From: Acidimicrobiaceae bacterium
GTDB lineage: Bacteria; Actinomycetota; Acidimicrobiia; Acidimicrobiales; Aldehydirespiratoraceae
Direction: 5' to 3'
DNA: 62,252 bases
Assembly: GCA_028820455.1 (NCBI GenBank)
Contig: JAPPJC010000057.1
Span: forward strand, 43,608-105,859
This document shows positions 18,049 to 27,383 of this stretch, piece by piece. Under the pieces are notes generated by a model. That model was not told where the DNA came from. It ran no database searches and saw only the letters and a list, made by a program, of their open reading frames with translations. Each line of letters starts with the position of its first letter. The first letter of the stretch is position 1. The position numbers and the translations under genes are program-made.

Positions 18049-19830
18049 ATGTCTTTTGAGAGTCCTCAGCATGATCTTAGCTATTTGATGAGAAATATCG
18101 GTAACGGAAAGATCCAGTTGCCGGATTTCCAGCGGGAATGGAAATGGGATGACGATCGTATCGTTAGTTTGCTCGCTTCGATTTCGATGGGGTATCCGAT
18201 CGGGGTTCTGATGGCTCTCGATGTTGGTGGTGATGTCAATTTCGCTGCTAAACCCTTGGCTGGTGTTGACGAGGAGAATGCGCTTGCGACTCCCGAGCGT
18301 TTGTTGCTTGATGGTCAGCAGAGGATGACTTCTTTGTTCCAGGCTCTTGTTTCGGGTCAGCCTGTTAACACGCGTGATCAACGTGGTAAACCAGTGAGAC
18401 GCTGGTATTACCTTGATATCAACAAGGCTTTAGCGAATCCGTCTGACCGCGAGGAAGCGATCTTGTCGGTGCCGGAGGATCGTATCGTCCGGGGAGACTT
18501 CGGTAGGCGCATTGTGCATGACTTATCAACACTTAATGGCGAATGCATGTCGGACATATTTCCGCTGAATCGGGTCTTTGATGTTTCATTCAGGCAGACG
18601 TGGACATTCCATTATCTGCAGATCGATCCGATAGGAACACACGAACGGATGTCGAGATTGGGTCGATTCCAGGAAGAAGTCCTAACTCATTTTGAAAGGT
18701 ACAAGATACCTGTCATCGTTTTGACGAAGGACACTCCTCGGGAGGCTGTCTGCACTGTATTCGAAAAGGTCAACACCGGGGGAGTACCACTTGATGTTTT
18801 CGAGTTACTCACAGCGACGTTCGCTTCTGAAGGCTTCAACCTCAAAAACGATTGGGACAAACATTGGGACAGACTCCGTCGCAAGGATGTACTGGGTAAC
18901 CTCAAGAGCAGCGATTTTCTCCAAGCCGTAAGCTTGGTTGCGACCTGGGATCGCAAGCGGAACTGGCCAGGTGCAAAGAGCGACGCTCCAGGCGTGTCCT
19001 GCAAGCGTAAGGATATTCTGCGTTTTATGCTTGATGAATACGCGCGGTGGGCTGGCCGTGTTGCTGAGGGCTTTGAATGGGCTGCGACTTTCTTGGCGGA
19101 AGAAGGTATTTCCGATGCTCGTAATCTACCGTATCGAACTCAACTCGTGCCTTTGGCTGCTGTGAGAGTTGTTCTTGGTGCCGATATCGATAACCACGGT
19201 ACGATCAAGCGCATCCGACAGTGGTTTTGGTGTGGAGTGCTCGGTGAACAGTACGGTGGTGCTATCGAGACTCGTATTGCGCGGGATTTGGAACAGATCA
19301 TCGACTGGATCAAACACGATGGTGAAGCACCTGGAACCGTGACCACAGCAAGCTTCAACTCTTCGCGTCTTCTTACCCTGAAAACACGCAACTCCGCCGC
19401 GTACAAGGGAATCTATGCTCTCCTCATGCGTAACGGATGTCTTGACTGGCAGAAACACAAAACGCTCTCAAAAGAGTCATCTCTGGGGTTCCGAGTTGAT
19501 ATTCACCACATTTTTCCCAAGTCGTGGTGCAACAAGCACGGCATTGACAGCAACCACCGCGAAAGCATTGTCAACAAGACAGCCATTTCGTCTGACACGA
19601 ACAGAAGCATCGGTGGCCGCGCTCCCAGCGACTATCTCTCAACTCTCGAGAAAAAAGCAGGCATATCCGCGGATCATCTGGACGAGATACTAGCAACACA
19701 CGCTATTGACGCCAGTACGTTACGAGGAGACGACTTCAACCGATTCTTCGAACACCGCAAAAGACAACTCATCAAAACCATAGAACATGCAATGGGTAAA
19801 CCAGTGAACATCAACGACGAAAACACTTAG
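18049..19830 (+). CDS. GmrSD-family DUF262 (ParB-like) + DUF1524 (His-Me/HNH) protein, a putative type IV modification-dependent nuclease
   Basis: N-terminus IQLPDFQREWKWDDDRIVSLLASISMGYPIG is the DUF262 DGQQR-type region (LLLDGQQRMTSL). C-terminus VDIHHIFPKSW...NKTAISSDTNRSIG is DUF1524. GGAGG lies 8 nt before ATG 18049. Confidence 0.85.
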   Translation: MSFESPQHDLSYLMRNIGNGKIQLPDFQREWKWDDDRIVSLLASISMGYPIGVLMALDVGGDVNFAAKPLAGVDEENALATPERLLLDGQQRMTSLFQALVSGQPVNTRDQRGKPVRRWYYLDINKALANPSDREEAILSVPEDRIVRGDFGRRIVHDLSTLNGECMSDIFPLNRVFDVSFRQTWTFHYLQIDPIGTHERMSRLGRFQEEVLTHFERYKIPVIVLTKDTPREAVCTVFEKVNTGGVPLDVFELLTATFASEGFNLKNDWDKHWDRLRRKDVLGNLKSSDFLQAVSLVATWDRKRNWPGAKSDAPGVSCKRKDILRFMLDEYARWAGRVAEGFEWAATFLAEEGISDARNLPYRTQLVPLAAVRVVLGADIDNHGTIKRIRQWFWCGVLGEQYGGAIETRIARDLEQIIDWIKHDGEAPGTVTTASFNSSRLLTLKTRNSAAYKGIYALLMRNGCLDWQKHKTLSKESSLGFRVDIHHIFPKSWCNKHGIDSNHRESIVNKTAISSDTNRSIGGRAPSDYLSTLEKKAGISADHLDEILATHAIDASTLRGDDFNRFFEHRKRQLIKTIEHAMGKPVNINDENT

Positions 19831-19932
19831 ATAGAGATCCCCACCATAACCCCAGCCCCCGAAGGTGCCCACACCGAACCCACCGTAGCCTGCACGATGA
19901 GTCTACGAGAACTCTCAATCGTGGAGCAGCAA

Positions 19933-20226
19933 ATGCGAATCAAAAGTGTCCACTTACGGAATTACAAGCGTTTCACTGACCTGAGAGTGGAGGAACTACC
20001 CGCGACTGCCCGCCTTGTCGTCCTGCTAGGCCCCAATGGAAGCGGAAAGTCCTCACTCTTCGATGCGTTCCTCTTCAAGAGCCAGAATGTTCCCCAAATC
20101 CGGAACTTTAACATAGATGACTACTACCAGAAGCAATGGGATGCGACACAGCAGCACAAATCGTATCAAGTCTGGGACAGCCTTAGCTTTGTGTTTCCAG
20201 TTGGTTCGTTGAATTATGAATGTTAA
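19933..20226 (+). pseudogene. N-terminal fragment of an AAA/ABC-type (OLD/RecF-like) ATPase
   Basis: MRIKSVHLRNYKRFTDL...LLGPNGSGKSSLFDAF gives a Walker A only. The ORF ends after ~100 aa at an AT-rich junction next to the drmC 3' end. Confidence 0.6.
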
Positions 20227-20381
20227 CAACTGAATATGCGTCAATTGAAGAGGAGGAGAGTAACAAGACTACGAGATCTCATTGTCATGAAATTAGACGT
20301 GTAGCCATACGGAAAAACCACTCCCCACTACTATCAGGCTACAGATGGTGCCTCAAGGTAGAAAGCTTGGAGGTCTTGTGT

Positions 20382-21164
20382 TCAGGCTGGTTCAAGGGTG
20401 CCTTGTTCGATCAATAGTTCCAGGTGGCGGCTCAGTCTTGCCGGTAGAGGGCCTGCTTTGATGAGGACACCGAGTTCGATGTTGTCGTTAATACCGGCAC
20501 TGGTGAGGTTGGCACTGGTGATCAGAGCGGATGACTGGTCAGCGATCACGCATTTGGCGTGGAGACGAGCTGTTGTGGCGAAGAATGCTTCACGAATTTC
20601 CTGTGGCCACCGGTAGAACCTAGCGGTGTCTTGGATGGGGTTGAACGGGTGGTCTGGTCCGAAGACCAGCCGACCTCCAGGATCGTCGGGGGTTTCGAGG
20701 ATCAGTATCACCTCAACTCCCTTCGCTATTGCGTCGACGAGGCTGGCCGTGAGTTCGCCAACGTCGTGGGTGGTGAAGGACACCAGGATAAGACTTTGCG
20801 TTGCGTTAGTGACGAGCGTGGTGAGTACTGACCTTGTTGAGCGAAGTCCAGCGATTTGTGTTGAAGGGCCTGTCCATACAAGGCTGGTGTCGTGTTCGGT
20901 TCGCATGGTTGCAGCAGTTGCGGCTGCAGTGCTTGCAGCGGCAGCCACGGTGGCTCCAGTCACCTCCGGGGTGTGAGCCCATGCCTGTGCGATCTTCTGG
21001 GCATGTTCACGATAGTTGACGGCGGGGTTGGCGTCGATCAACACAGACTGTGAGGCGGGTGACCATCCAGGTACATCCGCGATTGCACCGACTCCTGTGG
21101 TGAGCAGTTCTTCGGGAACGTAGATCGCAGCTTCTACAATAGCGTCTGTGAGTAAATCGTTCAT
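20382..21164 (-). CDS. drmC: DISARM DrmC, phospholipase D (HKD) family nuclease
   Basis: The HKD motif is RLHAKCVIADQSSALITSANLTSAGINDNIELG. ATGA overlap with the drmB stop at 21161-21164. Confidence 0.85.
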   Translation of the reverse strand: MNDLLTDAIVEAAIYVPEELLTTGVGAIADVPGWSPASQSVLIDANPAVNYREHAQKIAQAWAHTPEVTGATVAAAASTAAATAATMRTEHDTSLVWTGPSTQIAGLRSTRSVLTTLVTNATQSLILVSFTTHDVGELTASLVDAIAKGVEVILILETPDDPGGRLVFGPDHPFNPIQDTARFYRWPQEIREAFFATTARLHAKCVIADQSSALITSANLTSAGINDNIELGVLIKAGPLPARLSRHLELLIEQGTLEPA

Positions 21165-23029
21165 GTGAAGTAAGCGTTGTCCGTGTGACCGAGAATGGGG
21201 ACAGCTGCTGCGCGATCAAGGTAACGGTTGCTGGCTTCGCAGGATGTTTCGGATGCGAACAAGCAAGCATGACAAGCAGCGTGATGGAGCGTGTCGCCTA
21301 CGTCACCGGCGTTGTGGTTTGCGCACATGGGATCGGTGGAGCAGAGTTCAGCACGGTTCACTGCGTCCTGGAGCACCGCTGCAAGGCGGGCCGGTTCGGC
21401 TAGTGCTACCAGGCCACCGAGGGTGCCTTCAGAGTCGGGGGATCCTGTGTAAAGCAGCACTCCTGCCATCGGTGGACCTTCCGCATCGCCGGGCTCGCGG
21501 CAGTAAAGACGTTCACGAATCGATGCTGCGGAATAGCCACACTCCAACGCAACCTGATGTATCAGCAGGTGTGAAACAGTGTGCAGCAGCACAAAACGGG
21601 CTGGTGGCATTCCTGTCTCTGAGTCCAGTTTGCGGCGTGCTCGCCATTTCTGGGTGGCTTGCCGCAAATTCAGGTAGCGTCCACTGTCCTGGTACTGTTT
21701 TTCCCACTGCTCGACTCTGCTCTCGGACAGCCTGATGAGAATCCCTTCGCCCCGCACTTCCGCGGCTGGTAGCCATGACTGCGGGGTATCCCAGATTTGC
21801 GCTATACGGTCGTGGTCGGCTTCGTTGGGACCGTCTATGCGGGTGAATCCACACAGTGCTTGCACCTCCCGTAGGCGATCGACGGCGACAGGATGGTCGA
21901 GCGTTTGTTTGAATCCGTCGGGAATGTCCAGGGCTCGGACTTTGAAATCATCGGATTTCGGCGGCACAGCCTTGGTGAAAGCCGTCCACTCCGGGCCTCG
22001 CAGGTCGCTGGTGCCAATTATGTCTGTTTCACTGTTGCTGCGATCACGCTGATCCTCGATAGCCGTCCACACGTCGCCGTTGTTATATCGCATAAGCCAT
22101 CGCAGCGGTTTTTCACCGGCACCTCTTTTGAGCCGTTTGATGATGAACTTCAGTTCGCTGCGATCTTCAATGTCTTCAAGGAGGTCCCAGTGTTCTGAGA
22201 CTTTCTGGTCGATCTCGCCGGTAACTGTGGGAATCGTAAGAGCGGAACGATGGACAGCAAACCAAGCGTTGGACGCTCCCAGAAGCAAGGCACGAGTCGG
22301 TTCGCCGCAGCCGCCATCAAAACGCTGCAAATGAGGGTGGCGGCCTCTACATTGAGGGAGATGTTCGAGCGCATCGGGACCGAACGCTTCATGTACAAGC
22401 CGGTCACAGCCGCAGGTTTTGCACACAACACGCACATCGGTGGCCCGACTAGCTTTGCCCACATCCTTTAGCTCCAAGATCGAAGCAGCGGAGCATGGAG
22501 TGTCACGATGAACGTACTGTTCCCACGGGAAGTCGTCGAGATGACCCGCAGGACACGCAATCAAGAACCGGGCAGGCACTGCACTGGGGCGACGACCGTG
22601 ACATTTGTCATGGAAGTAGCGAGCTTTGTCGGGCCGGTAAGGGTTGATGTCAAGCTTGAAACGTCGACGGTCTATAGGCGCGAGCAAGTTGCATCGTGTG
22701 CAGCGAAGCCACCGCGGAAACGGATGCACTGGCACACCGATGCGCGCCCACTCATCGAAAGGACTTGCTGTCTCCTCCTGCCAAGGTGGAGTGCGGAACT
22801 CCGCTACACGGTGGCAACCCGGCACTGAGCGAACGGCACCGAGGAGTCGGGATTCGAGGAGTCGTTCTGTGTGTTCGATGCGCCACTCGTCGGTGCCCGC
22901 AAGCACAACCGACAGCTGTGGCAAGTCCATGACCGCTCCCGGACCGTAGGTGTGGATCATCTGGGATGGACGGATTCCACCGACACGCCGCTGTTTGGGT
23001 GTTCTCTTCTTAGATCCAGCCGGGCTCAT
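21161..23029 (-). CDS. drmB: DISARM DrmB, DUF1998 (MrfA-type Zn-binding) protein
   Basis: C-terminal LHHAACHACLFASETSCEASNRYLDRAA is the DUF1998 hallmark. Position is between the helicase and the PLD gene. Confidence 0.85.
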   Translation of the reverse strand: MSPAGSKKRTPKQRRVGGIRPSQMIHTYGPGAVMDLPQLSVVLAGTDEWRIEHTERLLESRLLGAVRSVPGCHRVAEFRTPPWQEETASPFDEWARIGVPVHPFPRWLRCTRCNLLAPIDRRRFKLDINPYRPDKARYFHDKCHGRRPSAVPARFLIACPAGHLDDFPWEQYVHRDTPCSAASILELKDVGKASRATDVRVVCKTCGCDRLVHEAFGPDALEHLPQCRGRHPHLQRFDGGCGEPTRALLLGASNAWFAVHRSALTIPTVTGEIDQKVSEHWDLLEDIEDRSELKFIIKRLKRGAGEKPLRWLMRYNNGDVWTAIEDQRDRSNSETDIIGTSDLRGPEWTAFTKAVPPKSDDFKVRALDIPDGFKQTLDHPVAVDRLREVQALCGFTRIDGPNEADHDRIAQIWDTPQSWLPAAEVRGEGILIRLSESRVEQWEKQYQDSGRYLNLRQATQKWRARRKLDSETGMPPARFVLLHTVSHLLIHQVALECGYSAASIRERLYCREPGDAEGPPMAGVLLYTGSPDSEGTLGGLVALAEPARLAAVLQDAVNRAELCSTDPMCANHNAGDVGDTLHHAACHACLFASETSCEASNRYLDRAAAVPILGHTDNAYFT

Positions 23030-23096
23030 ATCGAGTTCCGTTCAGCGGTCCAAGCTTTCGACCAAACGAACACAGCACTGTGGTGATGACTGAAAC

Positions 23097-26000
23097 TCAT
23101 CGGCGACTCCGTTTGACAACCTGGTCCTCGGCTTCGGCAACTTCGATGGCTTCGTCTATATCCTCATCGTCAACCGTGACCGGACGGGTGTCGGCTGCAA
23201 CCGGGCCACGACGACCGGTTGAACTTGGGGTGTCGTCGGGTTGATTTATGATAATCTCGGGATGGGTGTTGGATTCATAGGTTTGGTCTTCTTCAAAGAT
23301 TTGTAGGTTTACCTGTACTTCGGTATCGCGAAGTGAGTTCGGGCAAGTCCACATGTTCCAGTCGCCAGCTTCGGGTTTGTCGAGCAGTGCTACATCCTCT
23401 GCGGTGCGCTCAGCGTAAGACAACTCTGGGCGTAGCACAGCTTCACGATCCCAAGCATCAAGGCGTTTGTTGGCCATGTCGGTTACTAGCTCAGCAGTGA
23501 AGATATTGCCGGTGACGCCTTGCGCGCGCTCGGCAATCGCTTGGACGTGCGCGGCTATTCGTTGGTCTGGGCGGTTAATCTTACGCGCCGACCAGTTCGG
23601 ATTCCAGTTTTGATCGCTGTGGCGCACCGCCGACACGAGAATCCCGGTGAGGCCCTTGTCGAGGGCTCGTTCTGAGAATGGTGTGACTGAGAGCGATTCA
23701 ACATGGCGGTAGAAGGTAGCGTGATAGTGGCTGAAAGTCTCGTAGTGTGACAAGTCTCGGGGTCGTGCCCAGTTATACAGTGTGATCACCAGGCCCGGGC
23801 CTTTGGGATCGCGCCCAACCCTGGAAGTGGCCTGAATATATTCGGCGGTGGCTTTGGGCTGGCCGACTACAACCATTGAAGCGAGTCGTGACACGTCAAC
23901 ACCGACGGAGATCATGTTCGTAGCCAACAACAGGTCGATGGGGCGGTCATTGTTTTCAGCATTGGCGGGGTCGTGTGTGACAAACAGCTGATGCAGGATT
24001 GATTTGATGTCATCTGCGGAGACACGTGATGTGAGTTCCTTGAGCTCGACGGTCGGGCGGTTGGCGAGACCACGGGTGAAGCGTGTACGGCGGAGTTTGG
24101 TGCGCAGCTCATCTTCGGCCATGCGGCGCATACCGGCGAGCTCGCGAACCGAGTTGAAATATCCGACGGTGGTCATCCACGGATCTGCAGCGGCGGCGTT
24201 GTCACCGAGTTCGTTCCATATGGCTTTGGCAGCGGCCATGACAGAGGAGAAAACCCGCAACTCCACCTGTTTGAGCCGTTCTCCGTGTGCACAGATTCCG
24301 AGGTAGAGTCGTCCGGGGGTTTGCGGGCTCGGCCGGACTTGTTCAGCGAAGAACGAACGCCGCACATCAAGCACTGGAGGCGGGAATATGCGCAGGTCAC
24401 GCCAAAACACCGACCAGGCCTGCTGACGGGCTCTTCGTGTCGTAGCGGTTGACGCAACCACTTTGGGCCGCACTTCACGCCCGTTGTAGTTCCAGGTGGC
24501 GAGCCGGTCGATTGCCGTTTCGTACAATCCCGCCATGGTGCCCAACGGTCCGGTCACGAGATGCATTTCGTCTTGGATGATCAGATCCGGCGGACGAAGT
24601 CGTAGCGATGGCAGTGTTCTCGCTGGAGGATGGCTGGCCTGAGATTTGTGGGCGTCACGTTCCATCCAATGCGTCTGGTGGGAGCGGTCGAGGTCGGGAT
24701 TTCGGTATCCGTGTCTTTCACAGTACGATTCGACCCGTCCGAATAGTGTGGAGGTAGCTCCGTTCCAGGGCAGCTGAGCGAACTTGTCGATAGTGCCGAT
24801 AATGAACGACGGAAGCAGCCGGTATATCTCCTCGTCGACGGTGACGACGGGGATTCCCTCGCCTGCTGTGTGTACTTCGGTGAACACGCATTCCTTGGCA
24901 TTTCCGCAGAAAATCAGGAAACGTGCCAGCACGGAGTCGTACCGGCAGTCGTTTCCTATGTCGATCTCGTTTCCGCACCACGGACAGTCGGTGAGCTGAA
25001 CGGGGGTCGCCTGCCCCCGGCTGTAACCACCCATGCGGGCTTCCTCAGCGAATCGTTGAGCGTCACGGGACATGTTCGGTGACACCGACCCGCCGACCCA
25101 CATCCCAAGCCGGAACGGGGTGCCACTATAACGGGTATCGGTTTTGGCCCGATGCTGACGGAGTCGTTCCGCAGCGCAGATCAATGTCGCAGCCCGCTGA
25201 AATTGTTGTGCTGTCAGCAAGCGCAGGGTGTAACGCATGAGCACAGCCACACCGTCGCGCCCGTCCACGCTGTCCTGTTTGTCCACACCGTCGCGCCCGT
25301 CCACGCTGTCCTGTTTGCCTCCTATTACACCTTGCAGTCGTCGGGTGGCCAGAGTGTAAGCGACAAGTCCGAGGTAGGCTTCGGTTTTGCCGCCACCGGT
25401 TGGGAAGAACAGCAAATCAGCCAGTGCTCCTTGGTGACTGCGTTCGGGGTGAGCGGGATCGGTGAGCGATGGAATGCACAGCAATATGAAGGCCAGCTGG
25501 AATGGTCGCCATGACCGGTTTTCCGATATGTCAGCGTTCCGTACGGCCTGCTGTAAGCTCAGGCTGGAATCCAGGTGCCGGGCACCGATGGCGACTGTGT
25601 GAACACGCTGTTGCCACATCGCCTGGTTGGCAAACTGGAACGCGTTGAGAGCGTCGGGATCTGAGCACACAAGTTCGATTCCCTCCATGACAGCGTCAGC
25701 TATACGACGTGCTTGAGCAATCGTGTCATGGGCGACTCGCTCGTGTCCTTCAAGGCGGGCAGCAGCGTCACCGATGCGCGCTAGTTCCTCGTCGAGCCAC
25801 ACCCGGTAACCTTCAGCTAGTGGCAGCAAAGCCGCACGCAATTGTTCTGGTTCCAGCTCCGATAGTGTTTTCATGTCGGTGACCAGTCCTGTCAGCTGTG
25901 GCGAAGTTTCAGGTTTTGGAGCATCGGTCCGCCACACTTCGTATTGGGGAACGACCGCGGTGCAGCACCGCACAGCACGACGGGGATCACCATCTGCTTT

Positions 26001-26813
26001 TTCAACCTTGGTGCCGACCCCGTGTCCCACAGCGAATTCCACTACATCTCGGTACTGTAAATCGAGCTGGGTGCTCTCGGTTTCGCGGTTCGAATTGCGT
26101 CTTGTATTGGACGTGTACATGTTACGACCTAAAAACACAGCAGCATTTCCGTCTGCCAACAGATCGAGCCTTACCTGGAACATCCACCGGCTGTCCTTGT
26201 TGCGTCGACCTGGTTCCTGCCTGTTCGACAAGAACACCGTCACCAGCCACGGCCCATCGTCGGAGCTGGTCACCCGTCCTCGCAACTCGATCCCCTCCCC
26301 GTTGACCGACAGCGGTCCGAATTCGCCGTTTTTCAAAGGAATCACAATGTCAACTTGTTGAGGCTTGCGAACCCACACCGCTGCACGGGAACCGTCATTC
26401 TGCGTATGGAACTCCCGCGAATACTGTCCCCAACTGCAGCGGGCGATCAAACGCTTGGCCGTGGCGTCAGCTACAACGGACAACCCCATTGACGACTGGG
26501 CCAGTACCAACTTCGTGGTACAGCCATCCCGATCATCTCCAGCGTTGGCCCCGTCATCTGGTTCTGGGCCTATACTGTCGTCACGTTCGGGATCGCTGGC
26601 GACAGTCCCTTCAGGAGCGAGCATTCCCACCAGGTAACGGTCCCGCACCCGCCCTGGTGAAGACCACTTACCGTCAGGGAACTGATAGCCGATTATGACC
26701 TCGTTCTCACCGTCGAGCGGACCCAGCAAATCTGCTGTGATACGGGACACAAGGTCCGCACGCAAATCCCAAGGACTCGGAACCGAAGTAGAAGTATCAG
26801 CGGATTTCGTCAT
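23097..26813 (-). CDS. drmA: DISARM DrmA, large SF2 helicase
   Basis: Walker A FFPTGGGKTEAYLG, DExH box IIQDEMHLVTGP, helicase-C LLATNMISVGVDVSRL and QATSRVGR. 1238 aa. Confidence 0.9.
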   Translation of the reverse strand: MTKSADTSTSVPSPWDLRADLVSRITADLLGPLDGENEVIIGYQFPDGKWSSPGRVRDRYLVGMLAPEGTVASDPERDDSIGPEPDDGANAGDDRDGCTTKLVLAQSSMGLSVVADATAKRLIARCSWGQYSREFHTQNDGSRAAVWVRKPQQVDIVIPLKNGEFGPLSVNGEGIELRGRVTSSDDGPWLVTVFLSNRQEPGRRNKDSRWMFQVRLDLLADGNAAVFLGRNMYTSNTRRNSNRETESTQLDLQYRDVVEFAVGHGVGTKVEKADGDPRRAVRCCTAVVPQYEVWRTDAPKPETSPQLTGLVTDMKTLSELEPEQLRAALLPLAEGYRVWLDEELARIGDAAARLEGHERVAHDTIAQARRIADAVMEGIELVCSDPDALNAFQFANQAMWQQRVHTVAIGARHLDSSLSLQQAVRNADISENRSWRPFQLAFILLCIPSLTDPAHPERSHQGALADLLFFPTGGGKTEAYLGLVAYTLATRRLQGVIGGKQDSVDGRDGVDKQDSVDGRDGVAVLMRYTLRLLTAQQFQRAATLICAAERLRQHRAKTDTRYSGTPFRLGMWVGGSVSPNMSRDAQRFAEEARMGGYSRGQATPVQLTDCPWCGNEIDIGNDCRYDSVLARFLIFCGNAKECVFTEVHTAGEGIPVVTVDEEIYRLLPSFIIGTIDKFAQLPWNGATSTLFGRVESYCERHGYRNPDLDRSHQTHWMERDAHKSQASHPPARTLPSLRLRPPDLIIQDEMHLVTGPLGTMAGLYETAIDRLATWNYNGREVRPKVVASTATTRRARQQAWSVFWRDLRIFPPPVLDVRRSFFAEQVRPSPQTPGRLYLGICAHGERLKQVELRVFSSVMAAAKAIWNELGDNAAAADPWMTTVGYFNSVRELAGMRRMAEDELRTKLRRTRFTRGLANRPTVELKELTSRVSADDIKSILHQLFVTHDPANAENNDRPIDLLLATNMISVGVDVSRLASMVVVGQPKATAEYIQATSRVGRDPKGPGLVITLYNWARPRDLSHYETFSHYHATFYRHVESLSVTPFSERALDKGLTGILVSAVRHSDQNWNPNWSARKINRPDQRIAAHVQAIAERAQGVTGNIFTAELVTDMANKRLDAWDREAVLRPELSYAERTAEDVALLDKPEAGDWNMWTCPNSLRDTEVQVNLQIFEEDQTYESNTHPEIIINQPDDTPSSTGRRGPVAADTRPVTVDDEDIDEAIEVAEAEDQVVKRSRR
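25247..25318. repeat. Perfect 36-nt in-frame tandem duplication inside drmA
   Basis: ccacaccgtcgcgcccgtccacgctgtcctgtttg occurs twice, head to tail. It encodes KQDSVDGRDGVD / KQDSVDGRDGVA. Confidence 0.9.
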
Positions 26814-27115
26814 CTGTTTTGAATATCAAAAAGGGACTGCTGGGATGGACTTGTGTGTGTCGTGGGTGGTATGTCCGATGGGGAGTTTGTGCTGTCAAGA
26901 AGTGATTCTATGTCGTCTGGACTCGACACGGGTGTTGCGCCTCGCTGCTGGAGGGGGCTTGTTGTCGGGGCCTTCCCCTTCGTCTCGCCACACTGCTATT
27001 CGTCCGTAGTCGTTCTTGAGTGTCTCGAAGGCTCCAGAGCAGGTGACTCCACTGCCGTGGTCGCTGGCACAACCGCCACGGTGAGTTCGGGCTGTGCGTA
27101 GATGAGCTTGACCAA
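26810..27115 (-). pseudogene. Degraded 3' remnant of a second DprA-like gene whose stop overlaps the drmA ATG
   Basis: 26833-27115 aligns with 90-365 (roughly 85% by eye) with +1 and +2 indels. The remnant reads ...SDIPPTTHTSPSQQSLFDIQNR then TGA within aacagATGAcg, where ATG is the drmA start. Confidence 0.8.
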
Positions 27116-27241
27116 CTTAGAATCCCAACCATCAGGCTATATCACCAGCGTAACTCCACCGCCACACTCCGCGAATACTAGTAGAACAACAATGCACTAA
27201 CAACCTTTAAACAACCCCATCAACCTAAATATGTAATTACC

Positions 27242-27317
27242 CAGAATCCACGAGGTAGCTCATCACGATCTGCTTGAATACACGGCACAGGTATAATCGC
27301 AACTGTGATGTACAGGG
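27242..27317. repeat. Copy B of the recQ-upstream segment (copy A at 3354-3420)
   Basis: See the alignment under copy A. It lies about 130 nt beyond the DprA-tail remnant, so the recQ and dprA 5' body is deleted here. Confidence 0.7.
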
Positions 27318-27383
27318 TTTTTCCTGGAAACCACAGAAGTCAACTAATTTCAACTTGAGACCCTATGGATTTTGAAAATCGGA

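Noticed and set aside
90-27115. DprA-tail direct repeats as att sites of a 26.7-kb integrative element
   Set aside because: No integrase or recombinase lies between them. A second, non-contiguous piece (the recQ upstream segment) is duplicated in the same order. That pattern fits a deleted paralogous operon rather than attL/attR.
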